Source: Rhizodiscina lignyota (taxonomy: Eukaryota). From it: DNA of 64,000 nt. The position numbers and the translations under genes were made by a program. The stretch is from NCBI GenBank assembly GCA_010015805.1, contig ML978123.1, positions 1,178,001-1,242,000 of the forward strand, in the 5' to 3' direction. Shown here one piece after another: positions 12,747 to 24,582 of the stretch (positions within the stretch are counted from its first letter, which is position 1; each line of letters starts with the position of its first letter). A model generated the notes under the pieces. The model searched no databases. It saw nothing but the letters and a program-made list of their open reading frames with translations, and was not told the DNA's origin.

Positions 12747-15700
12747 ATGAACAACTATCCACCACCTCAGCAACCTGAGCAAACTTCCAACCCCATGAAT
12801 TACTTCCAGCAGCCTCCGGCGATCGTGCAGCCGCCCTCGACGAATACCTTTCGCTTTGGATCCATAAATCCGACAAATGGCTCGCCCCTCTTCGCGGAAG
12901 ACTTTGCCATTCTCGGTGCGGATGATATGGGGGAACATTCAGACCCTAAGAGGAGACGAATAGCAAGAGTATGTTGTGGATATCACTTATGATGGGTGAT
13001 TGGTAATTAACTAAGCTATAGGCATGCGACATGTGTCGCAAGAAGAAGATCAAGTGCGATGGAAAGATGCCAGCATGCACACATTGCCAGAATTACAAGA
13101 CGGAATGTATCTTCACACAGGTGGAGAAGAAGCGCAATCCACCGAAAGGGTATGCTGCACTTTTGATGAATGTATGGGAAATGTTCTGACGTAGAGCTCT
13201 AGCGCGAAGTATATTGAAGGATTGGAGAATCGACTGGGTCGCATGGAGTCCCTATTGCGACTGTCTGGATTGCTCGGAGATGATGATGCTGGTTCTACGG
13301 ACTTGGGCACCTTGGAAAAGCGCCTGGCAGAAAAGAGGGACTCGGGAGCTCCGGCTTCTGTCAACGGTGGTGAATCCTCGAGAAATTCTGCTGTTTCCAG
13401 CCAGGCGCCTGAAAAGGAGAATGCAGCTTCGCAAAGCGGGTCTCCTCCTCAACCATCATCATCTGACACTCCAATCACATCGCCGGATCCACCCAAGTCG
13501 GCGAGGAGCGAGGAGGAAGTCGAAGTACTGTCTGATATGATGTGCTCACTGGTGACGAACAATTGCGGAGAAACGCGATACATAGGTTTGTGATTGTCGC
13601 TGTTGCGTCCGTACACGTACTAATGATATGTAGGTTCGTCGTCTGGCTTCTCGATATTTTCCCCAAAAGGCATTCAATGGGTGAACGAGAAGACTGGAGA
13701 TACGTCCTTCCAAGACATGATCTCGACAGCCTCAGTGGACGACAACAAGTGGATCCACTGGAAACCCGACGTCTTCCGCGACATATTCCAGCGACGCGTA
13801 TTCAAGCCGCTTCCTCCAAAGGCGGAAGCACTGTCATTGCTTCGCGATTACTTCCAGAACTTCAATTGCATGTTCCCGCTTTTCCACGAGCCCACCTTCA
13901 TGCATCTCGTGGACAAGCATTACTCTCGGGATCCATATGAAGGCTCTGGTTGGTGGGCGAGCTTGAACGTCGTGCTGGCAATTGCACATCGATTGCGAGT
14001 TATGAGCAATTTGGTCCCTCAGGAAGAGGATCAGAAAGCCTGGGGCTATCTCAAGAATGCGCTAGCTGTGCAAACCGAGCTTACAATCCGAAATACTGAT
14101 CTACTTAGTGTGCAAGCTCTGCTTGGAATGGTCAGTGTATCAATATCTTAGCCACTGATGAAGGTACTGACACTATTTCTAGGCCCTGTTCTTACAAGGA
14201 ACTCCAAATCCTCAACCCTCTTTCTTCCTCGTTGCAGCGGCTATTCGTCTATCACATAGCATCGGTTTGCACAAGCGTGGGCCTTTCAACTTGAATCCGA
14301 ACGAGATCGAACAACGGAGACGAGTGTTCTGGATTGCCTACATGCTTGATCGAGAGTAAGTTGGGATTTGTTATGCACTCGTGTTCACTTCTGACATATC
14401 GTAGTATTTGCCTCCGTTCTGGACGACCCCCGATTCAGGATGATGATGACATGAACGTCGATTTGCCGAGCGAAGATCCTGAAGACAATATTGGGAACAT
14501 TCCGCTTGCTGACGGCAAGGGAAAAGTCAACCTCTTCCGACTGATGTGCACATTCGCGGTGATCGAGAGTAAGGTGTACAAGCAATTGTACTCTGTCAAA
14601 GCCTCCAAACAATCCGACGGTGAACTGTTGAACACCATCGGCGAGCTTGACAAGGAGCTGGAAGACTGGAAGGATGCCATCCCAATCGACTTCAGACCGG
14701 AGCACGAGATCAAAGCTTCCCACACCCCACTGATACTGCACGTTGTCATGTTGCACTTTGCATACTACAACTGCTTGACGACGATTCATCGCATGTCGGT
14801 GCACCATGGGTATTGGACCAGCCGACTTTCAAATTACGCCATTCAAGGACTGAATGCCAGACCGCTGAATCCGAGAGTCTTCTCTTCGGCTGCGCTCTGC
14901 GTCTCCGCCGCACGAGCTTCCATCAACCTCATCAAATATATTCCTGCAGGTGATTTCGCATGTGTCTGGTAAGTTGTATCGCGATTCATATTTGCACGGC
15001 TCACTAACTCCTGTAGGCTCATTCTCTATTACCCCGTCTCTTCCCTCGTGACCCTCTTCGCGAATATCCTCCAGAATCCGCAAGACAGTCGAGCTCGTTC
15101 CGACCTCAAGCTGATGAACCTCGTCGTATCTTTCCTATCGGCTCTCTGTTCAGACGAAGCTAACGGCAGCGTTCGTCGCATGCTGAATGTGTGCTCCGAA
15201 TTTGACCGCATTGCCAAGGTCGTCCTCGACAAATCCGATAAAGACTCCTCGACGAGACGTAAGAGGAAGCAGCAGGATAATATGAGTGAAAAGTCAGCGG
15301 GTGGAGCAAACCAGATGCATCAGAGAACTCAAAGTCAGGCCACAACAGTGCCATCGCCAGCTACTCACAACATCGCCCTGACAGGTGGAAACATCCCGAA
15401 TGTCTTCACACCTCCAGACATTATGTCTAACATTCCGGAAAATGTTAGTCCCGAACTTTCCACTTAATATGACCTTCGCTAATCGTCACATAGGCAAACT
15501 ATCAGCGCAATCAATCATCTTTCTCTGCCTCGCCAGCACCACCAAACGCCTCCCTCCCTAACGGACTCTCTCCCGCTCCGCTCTTCGCTTTCTCCCCGCG
15601 ACCAACCTCTTCTGCTCTACCTACAAGCGGCGCATTCGCTGACGGCACCCTTCCCGGCTTTTCACCTGGCCCAGGAATGGGCACACCCAACAGCAATGGC

Positions 15701-15976
15701 GGAGGTGATCCTCTTCATCTAGACGGATCCTTCCAACAGCCGTTCGTTCCTCAAGATCTGTGGCAGATGCCAATGACGCTAGAGTGGGATTGGGCGGACA
15801 TCACTGGTGGCTATGGAAGCATCGATGGGGCCATGGGAGGGCTCGCTGCCACCGGTGTAGATGGCGATGCAAGAATGGACACCTCAAGCGGAACGATGAG
15901 CGGTGGGAAGGGGGAAGTGCATTCAGGGACGCCCAATGATAATGATGGTCCAACACCTACTGCAACGTCTTCGTAG
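12747..15976 (+). CDS. atrR: Zn2Cys6 transcription factor, AtrR ortholog (regulator of ABC transporters and cyp51 in Aspergillus)
   Basis: [74 protein letters not shown], a fungal TF middle homology region and C-terminal [23 protein letters not shown], matching AtrR as I recall it; ~7 introns. Confidence 0.88.
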
Positions 15977-18952
15977 GTGTGACTGGTACAGACAGGTTGG
16001 ATGGATCTGAATGGATGTTTCGGCGTTTTGGTTCAGCTCAAGATAAGGAAAATCTTCTCTCAATTGCCACCTAGATGTGCTGTGGACATCGATTGAGAAA
16101 AATCACGAACGAGCTCACTGCTCTGGTCCTTTAGTTATGATGGACATGATTGGAACACGGGTGGCTTTTTTTTTTTTTTTTGCAAAATCAACCATTAGGG
16201 GTATATGTCTCAGGACGTCTGCTGGAACTCTTTCATCTGCTGGTGCAGAAAAGAAAACTCCCTATTCTGGGTCTCGCTGTATATAGCTTAATCGGGCTTG
16301 CATGTTAATAGGCAGGATTGCATACTTCGAGCTGATGTATTATCAAGAGATGGTTTGTTGTATCTCATCCTTCCTGCGTCATCGGTAGCAGCCTGATGTC
16401 TCTAATGGAGCAAGAGTGATAAATGTCTGCCGCGGCTTTCAGGAAACTGAACCCCTACAATATTGAGCCTCTTAATAGCCAATGATGTAATCCAGTTTGT
16501 TACTTTTATACACACTCCAAGGAACTTAGAATCAAGCTTTCAGAGGTATTCTCGCTTATTTGGCAGCGCAGCTTGTATGTTACAGTTCATTCAGTGCGTA
16601 GCTAATTGTCAAGCTCGAGTTGCGCTGCAGTACAAATCGGGCAATTTGGAAGTCGCGAAGTTTGGAAGTCGCGGGCGGCGGGCCAAGCCGACGACACGCC
16701 GACCTTACTCGGTCGCTCAACAGCGACGATCTTTTGATGATCTTTCGATGATCTTTCCCATCATTTTACTTGTCGTTTGCACCATGAAGCTGTCCTGGTT
16801 CTAGGCCTTCCCCTCTTTAATTTTTTTAGATTCCGCTTTGAGGAGTGTTTGAAGAGAATGTCTTGAAGTCCGCCGAATTCGGTCCTTTGAATCCTCAGTC
16901 AATGTCTCGCATTTCCAGTCCTCATTTCTTTGCGAGTCGCTTATTGCTACGTCTCTGATTCTGTTTGCTTATATTTCATTTCGGCTGGTGTTTAGGTTTT
17001 GAAGCTGATCTCGAAGCCCTTTGATGGGGAGTTTCAGATGCTGTATGGTGAGGGTAGCCCCCAGGCCAGATCCTTTTGCTTTTGCCGAACGCGTGGCCTC
17101 AGCTTTGAGACATTTTGGGGATCAGCATTTTCATTCCAACAGGTTTTTAATATACAACCAACCAGCGAGACCATGATGCTGTATGCCTGGTGGATGTTGA
17201 GGTTCGAGGGAATCGCGGCACCCAGGCAGCGCTCAGATTTCAGGTCAAAGAGAGCGATTTGCTTCTTTATCAAATTATATTGCATCGAACCGTCTTTTCT
17301 AATTTGTCGTCTGGTCTAAGCACCTGTAGCTTATGCTCACACATGTTAGACTCCGTTCCCCGCGTCCGCCGTCTGCAGTAATGTCTCAGAATGTCAAGAT
17401 GAGGAAGGTGGCTGAAATGATGGCGCTATCATCCAAGGATCATACCCTTGCGCCGCTACGGGAAAACGTCATCAGGAAATATGCCGTTTCGATGCTCCCC
17501 GCCGGTCGACTTATCTTTTGGACGAGTGAAAGGGGATTTGTCTGCTTATTTAGCGATTTTTAGTGCGATTATCATTCGCTCTTGCATCTGCGATCAAAGA
17601 TGAATCTGGGGAATGTTGCATGGGCCAGCCCGTGTCTCGATCAACAGCGCGGACGCCGGACACTTTTTGAAAGGTGGGTGCTACGGGTAGGATCAGCCCG
17701 TTGATCGATCTGTAGGCGAGACTCGAGAGAGGATGAAGCTAACGGCGCGTGTTGCGCATATGGGGATTTCAATCATGATTACCTACCCGACGGAACCTTG
17801 TAAGCAGGCCTCCTGATCGATATCTTCGCTCTACGGCAAATGGGCTGCTAAGCCGAAATGGAAGTGTGCATACAGTAAGGGACAAGTACGTGTGCTGAGA
17901 AATTCGCCTGGTTTTGTTCAGAAGGATCTGACTAATCGTAACTTTATGCACAGATCAGTGATAGACCGTTACGCGTATGTCGGTTGATCCGGTTCGAGGC
18001 GGAATTCGCACTAGCCATTCCTTCTTTGATCGACAAGATCTGATTGGACCAATACAAGCTCTAAGACCAGCTGAGTTGGCCACTTCCAAAAACGGAGAGG
18101 ACACCGTACTTGTCCCCGGCTGTAATGGTGTGGCACTGTGCGGAGTGTTAGCGCGCTGATACGAGAGTGTGCCATGCCAGGTACAGTAGCCCAAGGGGCG
18201 AGTGGCCCGGCGAAGGCAGCTGATGAGAGAGTAGGTAGAGAAGAGGAAGGGTCTCCGTCAGTCATCACGCTTTCGTACAAATTTTTCGTCGGTGAATCAA
18301 AAAAGAGTGAGAGGTCGGCTTAGAGAATGGAGGCAGCCGATCAAACGCTTTGACGAACCGTTTGCGAATATTACGCACAGAGATGATCCGGCCAATAATA
18401 GCAGCATGCTCGACAGGTGGTGGTCGAGATCCTGGCTGCGCCCAAATGCCCCGTGACCATCCTTTAGCTAGGTCTCCCGTCTTGTGCCCTGCTACGCAAC
18501 AGCTACACCAACTTTTTTGATTTTCTTTCTGTTAACTTGCTCGCGCTGTGTGTCGACGAGAATCAATTCGCCCTTTTCCAGCCAATTTATAGTGTGTGTT
18601 GCTAGTCCCCAGCACGCTGGGACTGAAACCTACGGGCCTACCGGTAACCGCTGTCGAAGCGGGGTCCACAATTCGCCAGCTTTCTCATTCCAAAGCCTTT
18701 TTTCCTCCTTCTCCCTCACGGCCTTCCAAGCATACAATCTCGAGGACTGGCAGTGTTAATCTCCAACTGTTTAAGCTGTCGGAGAGGTTGCCTCTGCCGA
18801 ATGCTCCATTCGACGCCTGCGGTTCGCTCCTTTCACGCGCGCGGTAACTCCCCTCGCGCCGATTAATATTTTTGGAACGCGATTTCTGGCCAATCTCTCA
18901 TGTTCAGTGCTCGCAAGAAGCCTGGACTTGAGAGTGCAATTTTCCTTCCATA

Positions 18953-20460
18953 ATGGCTACTTCCAAGGTTTGAAATATCCCGTTCGCAGCCTTCCTCGTG
19001 TCTAGTGCTAACAAGTCGCCCCCACAGGACGCCGCGATGGCTCGACCCTCGAGCTCGCACCGATTATCTGTCAGTTCAGGCACGTCTGGCGGCGCAGCGC
19101 GTCTTTCACACCCACGTCCTCATACACACTCACTTTCCGTGGGCTCAATCAATTCTGCTCATCGCGTCACCCGTCGGAAAAGCACGTCATCTACTGCCGT
19201 TAATAACGCCGCTGCTATGGCTGTTGCGATGAGAGAGGCTTCTGGTGCTCCATATGATGCGAGTAACGGCACAGCCAAACGTTCCTCGTCGTCCAAATCT
19301 CCTGGAACGAAATACGGTAGCCACCCGTCGCTTCCAAGTAGCCTTCCTAATCACAGCTCGGACTTTGGCCCCAATGGTTATCCAAATGCGAAGAACAATG
19401 TTGCAGTGACAGATGGCCCGCCATTATCGTCGCTTCCAGAGAAAGAGAAAAGTAATGGCAAATCACGGATACGTAGGGCTAGTGAAGGGTCTCGCCTGAC
19501 AAAAGGCGAATCCAAGCGGGGAAATGCTCCCGAGCTGAGATGTGAAAAATGTGGGAAGGGCTACAAGCACAGCAGCTGTCTAACCAAGCACCTGTGGGTA
19601 TCCCTTCGCCTGAGCATTCCGCATACCTTCACATCGAGCAGCTCAACCTGTCTCAGCGCACTCAAGGTAATATTATGAGGAAATGAAATTGACACTAAAG
19701 CAGATGGGAGCACACACCCGAGTGGGCAATCACATCAAAGCTGCTCATTTCGAAGCACCAGCAAGTGCAGTTGCTCGAAGCTGCTTCCGTGCTTGTCACA
19801 ATGAACCAAGACGGAACTCCTACTGAGAGTGATCACTCTTCAGCCTCGCCTGCTGCTTCGGGTTCCACAGACCCTCGTGAGGATGGAATGAGTTCTGCTG
19901 ACACAACGCCTCCGCCTGATGCGAATGCTCCGTACTCCACGAGTCGTCCAGATTTCACGTCGACTAAACGATTCAGCAGCAACAGCAGTGCTTATTCACA
20001 ATCATACCAATCTGTCTTCTCGGATAGTGCATCTGCTGGGCGGCCATATGTCTCGCACTACCGCCAATGGAGCACAGATGGGAGACCAACAACATCTGGC
20101 ACATCTGTGACAGGCAGTTACCGCGATGACGACGATCACGCAGACTTGGCTGCTGCTGTCGGTCTGCTAAGCTGCAGCTACGGGACACCCAAGAGCGGGC
20201 CTGTGATGCTCCCTGCCGATGTCCCTCCGGTCCCGCCGTTGCCCGCTAAATACACTGGCTCGAAGCCTGACACGCTCTCGGGAAGTACTACCACCCTAAC
20301 ACCACAGTACTATTCCGCTACAGGTCGCAACTTTTTCCACCCGGATAGGAAAGACATAGATATGGACGATCGTAGCATGGCTGATGAGGATTCTGACCAT
20401 TATAATCGTATGCGGAACTACGAGGAGGAAGAAGGCGTTTTCGGCAAAATGGAGGAATAA
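18953..20460 (+). CDS. single C2H2 zinc finger protein
   Basis: MATSK|DAAMARP (intron 18968-19027). CEKCGKGYKHSSCL TKHL|WEHTPEWAITSKLLISKHQQVQLLEAASVL across an intron at ~19595-19703. Confidence 0.85.
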
Positions 20461-21272
20461 CATTTCCAGTTCTGGCGTCACAAGATTGAAACTGTTCTCC
20501 GTTCGCGGCGTCCTCTGTATTGGTCTCACCGTCTCCGTTCTTTTCGACTTTTGAAAAATCAACTGTTCCGTTTATACGGGCGCCTGGCTCCGCACCCATC
20601 TTCGCAGCACCAAGGAGAAGGCTTTTGGGCCAACCGCAATCAGGAGTGGCCGCTGCAGCTTTTGAGGTTAAAGTGAGGAGGTGGCGTCTCGAGCGTCGAG
20701 CCGGCTGTATGACGACAAGATCCGCTCTTTTATCTGTCTTTTTTTCTATCACATCAAAGGGACGCGCGTTTGCTGGCAGTAACGCGGCGAGCGGAATACG
20801 ATCAATGTGGATGTAAAATGAAAATATTTACGCAAAAATATGCTCCCAGCCCTGAACAATGGCGTCGGCTGTGCTTGTATACTCGATGTCGTTTGAGGGC
20901 ATTAGGATAGGACTTTCTAGTCAATCGAGCGATCGTCTTTTCAGAAATGATAATCTCCTTGTACATGAGACGTGCACCACGCTTTGGTGAAACCATCTCC
21001 CACGCACCACCAATGCATCGTCCTCCCTCGTATCTTCAAGCACAGACGTGCAGATCAGCGTTTTACAGCATCGTGAGTCTGGGCTTGATCGTCCTCTTTG
21101 ATCGTCCTCCTAGTCGTCGATGGATCCTTGTGCAAGCGGCTCACTGCATCCGTTGGTAAAGCTTGGCATCGCTGCCGCTTTTCGCCGAGATCCAAAGTTC
21201 GGACGACAGTCCAACACATCTTCACACGATCCTCTTCATATACCATCGATCTGAGCCTTCAAGCATCGCAAA

Positions 21273-21732
21273 ATGGCCTCCGCAATAGCAATAGGCACTG
21301 GAATCGCAGTTGCCGCCTTCCTGGTGCGTTTCCCCTTAAAATCAAGGCGATATCGACCTCGCGCCGCTGCGCAAGAAAAACTTGACTGACTGGTTGCAGG
21401 GCCGCGCAGGACTCATTGCGTTGAGAAGATCAAGAGGATCCGCATTAGGCAGATCGTTCTATAAGGGCGGCTTTGAGCCGCGCCTCAACAGACGCGAGGC
21501 GGCGCTGATACTGGAGATCCCGTATGTCTTGCTCTTGTCGCCGACTTTGATATGAAATATTGAATAAATAGACTGACTCATGATGTGTTTGTGTAGGGAA
21601 AGAGGAACAACGAAAGAGATCATTCGCAAGAAACATCGGCAGCTGATGCTGCTCAATCACCCTGATCGCGGAGGAAGCCCCTACCTCGCGAGCAAGATCA
21701 ACGAGGCGAAAGACTTTTTGGAGAAGAGTTGA
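21273..21732 (+). CDS. PAM18: mitochondrial import motor J-protein Pam18/Tim14 (absent from the ORF track because of short exons)
   Basis: [27 protein letters not shown]...[25 protein letters not shown]...[35 protein letters not shown] motif; 2 introns. Confidence 0.95.
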
Positions 21733-21927
21733 AAGCTGCCGGGTGCAAGGAGAAGCTTTAGTAAACACTGTAAATGTGGCATTAGCGTGGCGTTGCGGGC
21801 GTGTTCATATTGCGGGAATTTCGAGCATTGCGTGAGTGCTGTTTGAGAGCGGGAGGCGGTCAGGATCAATCACCACTTAAGATACCTTCAAACAAAATGG
21901 GGACGGGGAAGAAATAATGGAGCAGAA

Positions 21928-23228
21928 CTTTGGAACAGGAAGTATACCTGAAAATGGCCTTGGTTGCCTCAGAATTCTTTAAATTTGGGACATTACTCTC
22001 ATACTCAACCTCACCTATTCTATATGTGTCTTTGTTTCCTTGATGTATCGAAGAGCAAGGAAGCAGAATTTCCCTTCGCCGCTGGGACAAGAGAAAGAAG
22101 TGCAAATACTGCAGCCGTGTTTGCTGAAGTGGTGGTCAATTATGGTGGTGGGCGACCATAGTAAGTGTGCTGCTGCCAGCTGAAATGCGGTCTTAAAAAC
22201 TTACACATATATACAAGGTAGATTTGAGCAGGTCTCAAGAGAGCAGATTGGTCAAGTGGGCACATGGAGTATTCTCCATAACAATTATACCGTACTAACG
22301 GTTCTTGGTTAGTGCCAATTTGACCATTCGGCTCTCTTTCAATCATATTATGGTTTCCCTCTAGCTTGCTCCGGCGATGCATATAGAATCAGCCATATAT
22401 GATTAAAAGCCAAAAAACCCCCTCTAGCTTGCTTCGGCGATGCATATAGAGTTCTAGTTAGGCTTCTAGACTAAGTGGTTTCTCAACCATCCAATACCGG
22501 AAACGGTAGAGGGTGGTTGAGTTTTGCTGTTTTTTTTGGCCAAATTCGGCTTAACTTCCTTGCACTAAGTCAAGCCACAATGTTGTTGTACTGGTAATCA
22601 GAACGGAGCAGGTTCGAACCTGGGCCTCGCCAGTATTCCTTTTCTTTTTTTGCATTTGAAGTTCTATAGAAGCCTAACAAGCACGTTCTCGGTCTTTTGG
22701 GCCGGTTATTACCTTGAATCTGCTCTTAGGTCAAACTGATGCTTTTATAGCGTTTCACTTCTTTTTCAGCATGGTGCTCATGTTATCACATTTGTTACTC
22801 AGTTGTTACAGTCTGCTTCCAACTGCTCTTGCAAAGTTGGCCAAATTTGCCATGTTTTGAAGACTTGCAAAAGACATTGCGCGATCAAAGGAGCACTCTT
22901 GAGTCCTCTCCCTGACCCATTCACTCTCCTTTGAAGTTTTGGCCATGTTTATTCCCAAATTCAACGCGCCTCTTTGTTGGCAAATCCCCGCGACCAGGTG
23001 GTTTGTTTCTGCCGCGCCCAAGTTTGCGCCCACAGTGCCAAGTCTTATCGTACTGACCTCTAATTCTGATCGAGCAGAGTAACAATTCCTTTGGCCCACT
23101 AAAACAAATTGCAAATAACCATGACTAGCCTTACACGATTTAAAGTAGAGGCACCGCGTCAACACAACGAGGACTTAACTCTCCCACTTCACTGCTCTCA
23201 CAACCAAAGAACACGAACTGTTTCAAAG
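21928..23228 (+). ncRNA. candidate large structured non-coding RNA (~1.3 kb), family unidentified
   Basis: About 20 mutually nested helices of 6-17 bp with G-U wobbles on the + strand, C(UUCG)G, C(UCCG)G and G(GAAA)C tetraloops, and no credible ORF. See findings. Confidence 0.6.
22357..22450 (+). repeat. 31-bp direct repeat, two copies (22357-22387, 22420-22450), each a UNCG hairpin
   Basis: CCCTCTAGCTTGCT(C/T)CGGCGATGCATATAGA; the single difference lies in the tetraloop. Confidence 0.95.
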
Positions 23229-24582
23229 CGTAGCCATCCACAGAAGCATCGCAGCTATTAAAAACAGGTAAGACACATTCCCGAAGAGCGGCCTCATTCC
23301 GATCAACAGTTACCAAAATCCCCATCCTAAAGAGCAACGCACCGGTTCAGAGCCAGCGCCTTGCAGTAAATCCTCCGGCACCTCGGCGACATATTTGATC
23401 AAGTTTAATCGACGCAGCGTCCGAACATTCGCGAAGCACCACCTGTGAGGACAGCCACTACATTTGCCTCGACGGATTGTGGGCCGGGCCTAGGCCATAC
23501 ATACATAAGGGGGGGCTGGAGCAGTGCCGAAGGATGGTTTAAAAGATGTTCATGAGAATCCAGATGAGCAAGGTCATCTCCAGACGCTTCATGTTCTTGC
23601 GAATGTTGATCACTAGTGGTCTAACATGGGAGGGAAGAAGTGAAACGATAGCTGCTTATGACTGGCGAGGTGGGAACTGACAGCCTCTCCTTCAGATGAC
23701 GACTGCGAGAGTGATAGAGGTCGAGACGTTCCAAACAACGTTGGTGCGCATGACAATGCGCAAGACGGTTTGCAACGACTTGGCTGTCTAGCATCCTAAC
23801 TTCTCAGACGTTAGGCTGGTTTCAGCGTTCGATTGCCTTCGTGCGAGTGGGACTTCAACTTCAACTCGACTACGGCTTTAATAAGCCCTTTCATCTCTAA
23901 CTATCTGCGCTTAAAGGCCCTTACTGACTGTTCTTGTGTATATCTCAGCCACGACGTTGCTTCCCACGATACATGCCGGAACCGGCCGTTCGCAGTTCGG
24001 CGGCGGTCAACCAGTAGCCTCCGTCTCAACCACCACCGCACTTTACAGTGAAACCTCCTTACTATTCTTTGTGCCTCTTCATCACAACATTCTCATACAT
24101 TTCTTCATCAAGACGTGGTAGCACTGTTCGGCCTGCCCTGGTCTCTCCTGGTCCAATCCGCGAAATGCACGTGGATAACGAACCAGATACCAGCGTTCCT
24201 CGGAAAATCTCACATCCTCGCAGCGCTTCAGTCACCGTGGTCGGGAAGCGCGAACGGAGTTCATGTCAGCAAATCAATGAAACAGACGTGGATGACGAAG
24301 CAGATACCCGCCTTCCCCTTCAATGGCACCAATTCTTGAAGTTATACGCCTTGTCATTTAAAATGGCAAACTGAATTTGGTTCATGAAACCAGTGAAGGA
24401 TTTGGCGGAGAGACCTCTCCCAGAGTATTCAATGCTCGTGAAGCACTCCTGAATGTTGACACTTCTATTCACAGGGATTGTCACCTCTTATTACAGGACG
24501 AGAGGATAAAACATTATGATAATCACTGATAGGGAACAATGCAAAGTGCAGAACCAGCATTAGATATACAACCCAACGACGC

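Noticed and set aside
16645..16756. Short tandem duplications (TTTGGAAGTCGCG x2; GATCTTTYGAT x2-3)
   Set aside because: Two to three copies with no unique spacers; consistent with slippage, not CRISPR-like or mobile.
22427..22450. GCTTGCTTCGGC resembling the U6 snRNA 5' stem-loop
   Set aside because: No ACAGAGA box or AGC triad/ISL follows.
21808..22478. Group I intron-like words (TTGCGGGAA, CTGCAGCC, AGACTAAGTGG)
   Set aside because: No S element (AAGATATAGTC) to form P7, wrong spacing and no host rRNA gene.
22588..22636. tRNA gene around GGTTCGAACC
   Set aside because: No A box, D arm, anticodon arm or acceptor stem in either orientation.
22235..22717. Hairpin-ribozyme loop B resemblance (TCAAGAGAGCA / TTATTACCTTGA)
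   Set aside because: Deviates from AGAAACA/GUAUAUUAC, no loop A with NGUC was found, and the segments have better alternative partners.
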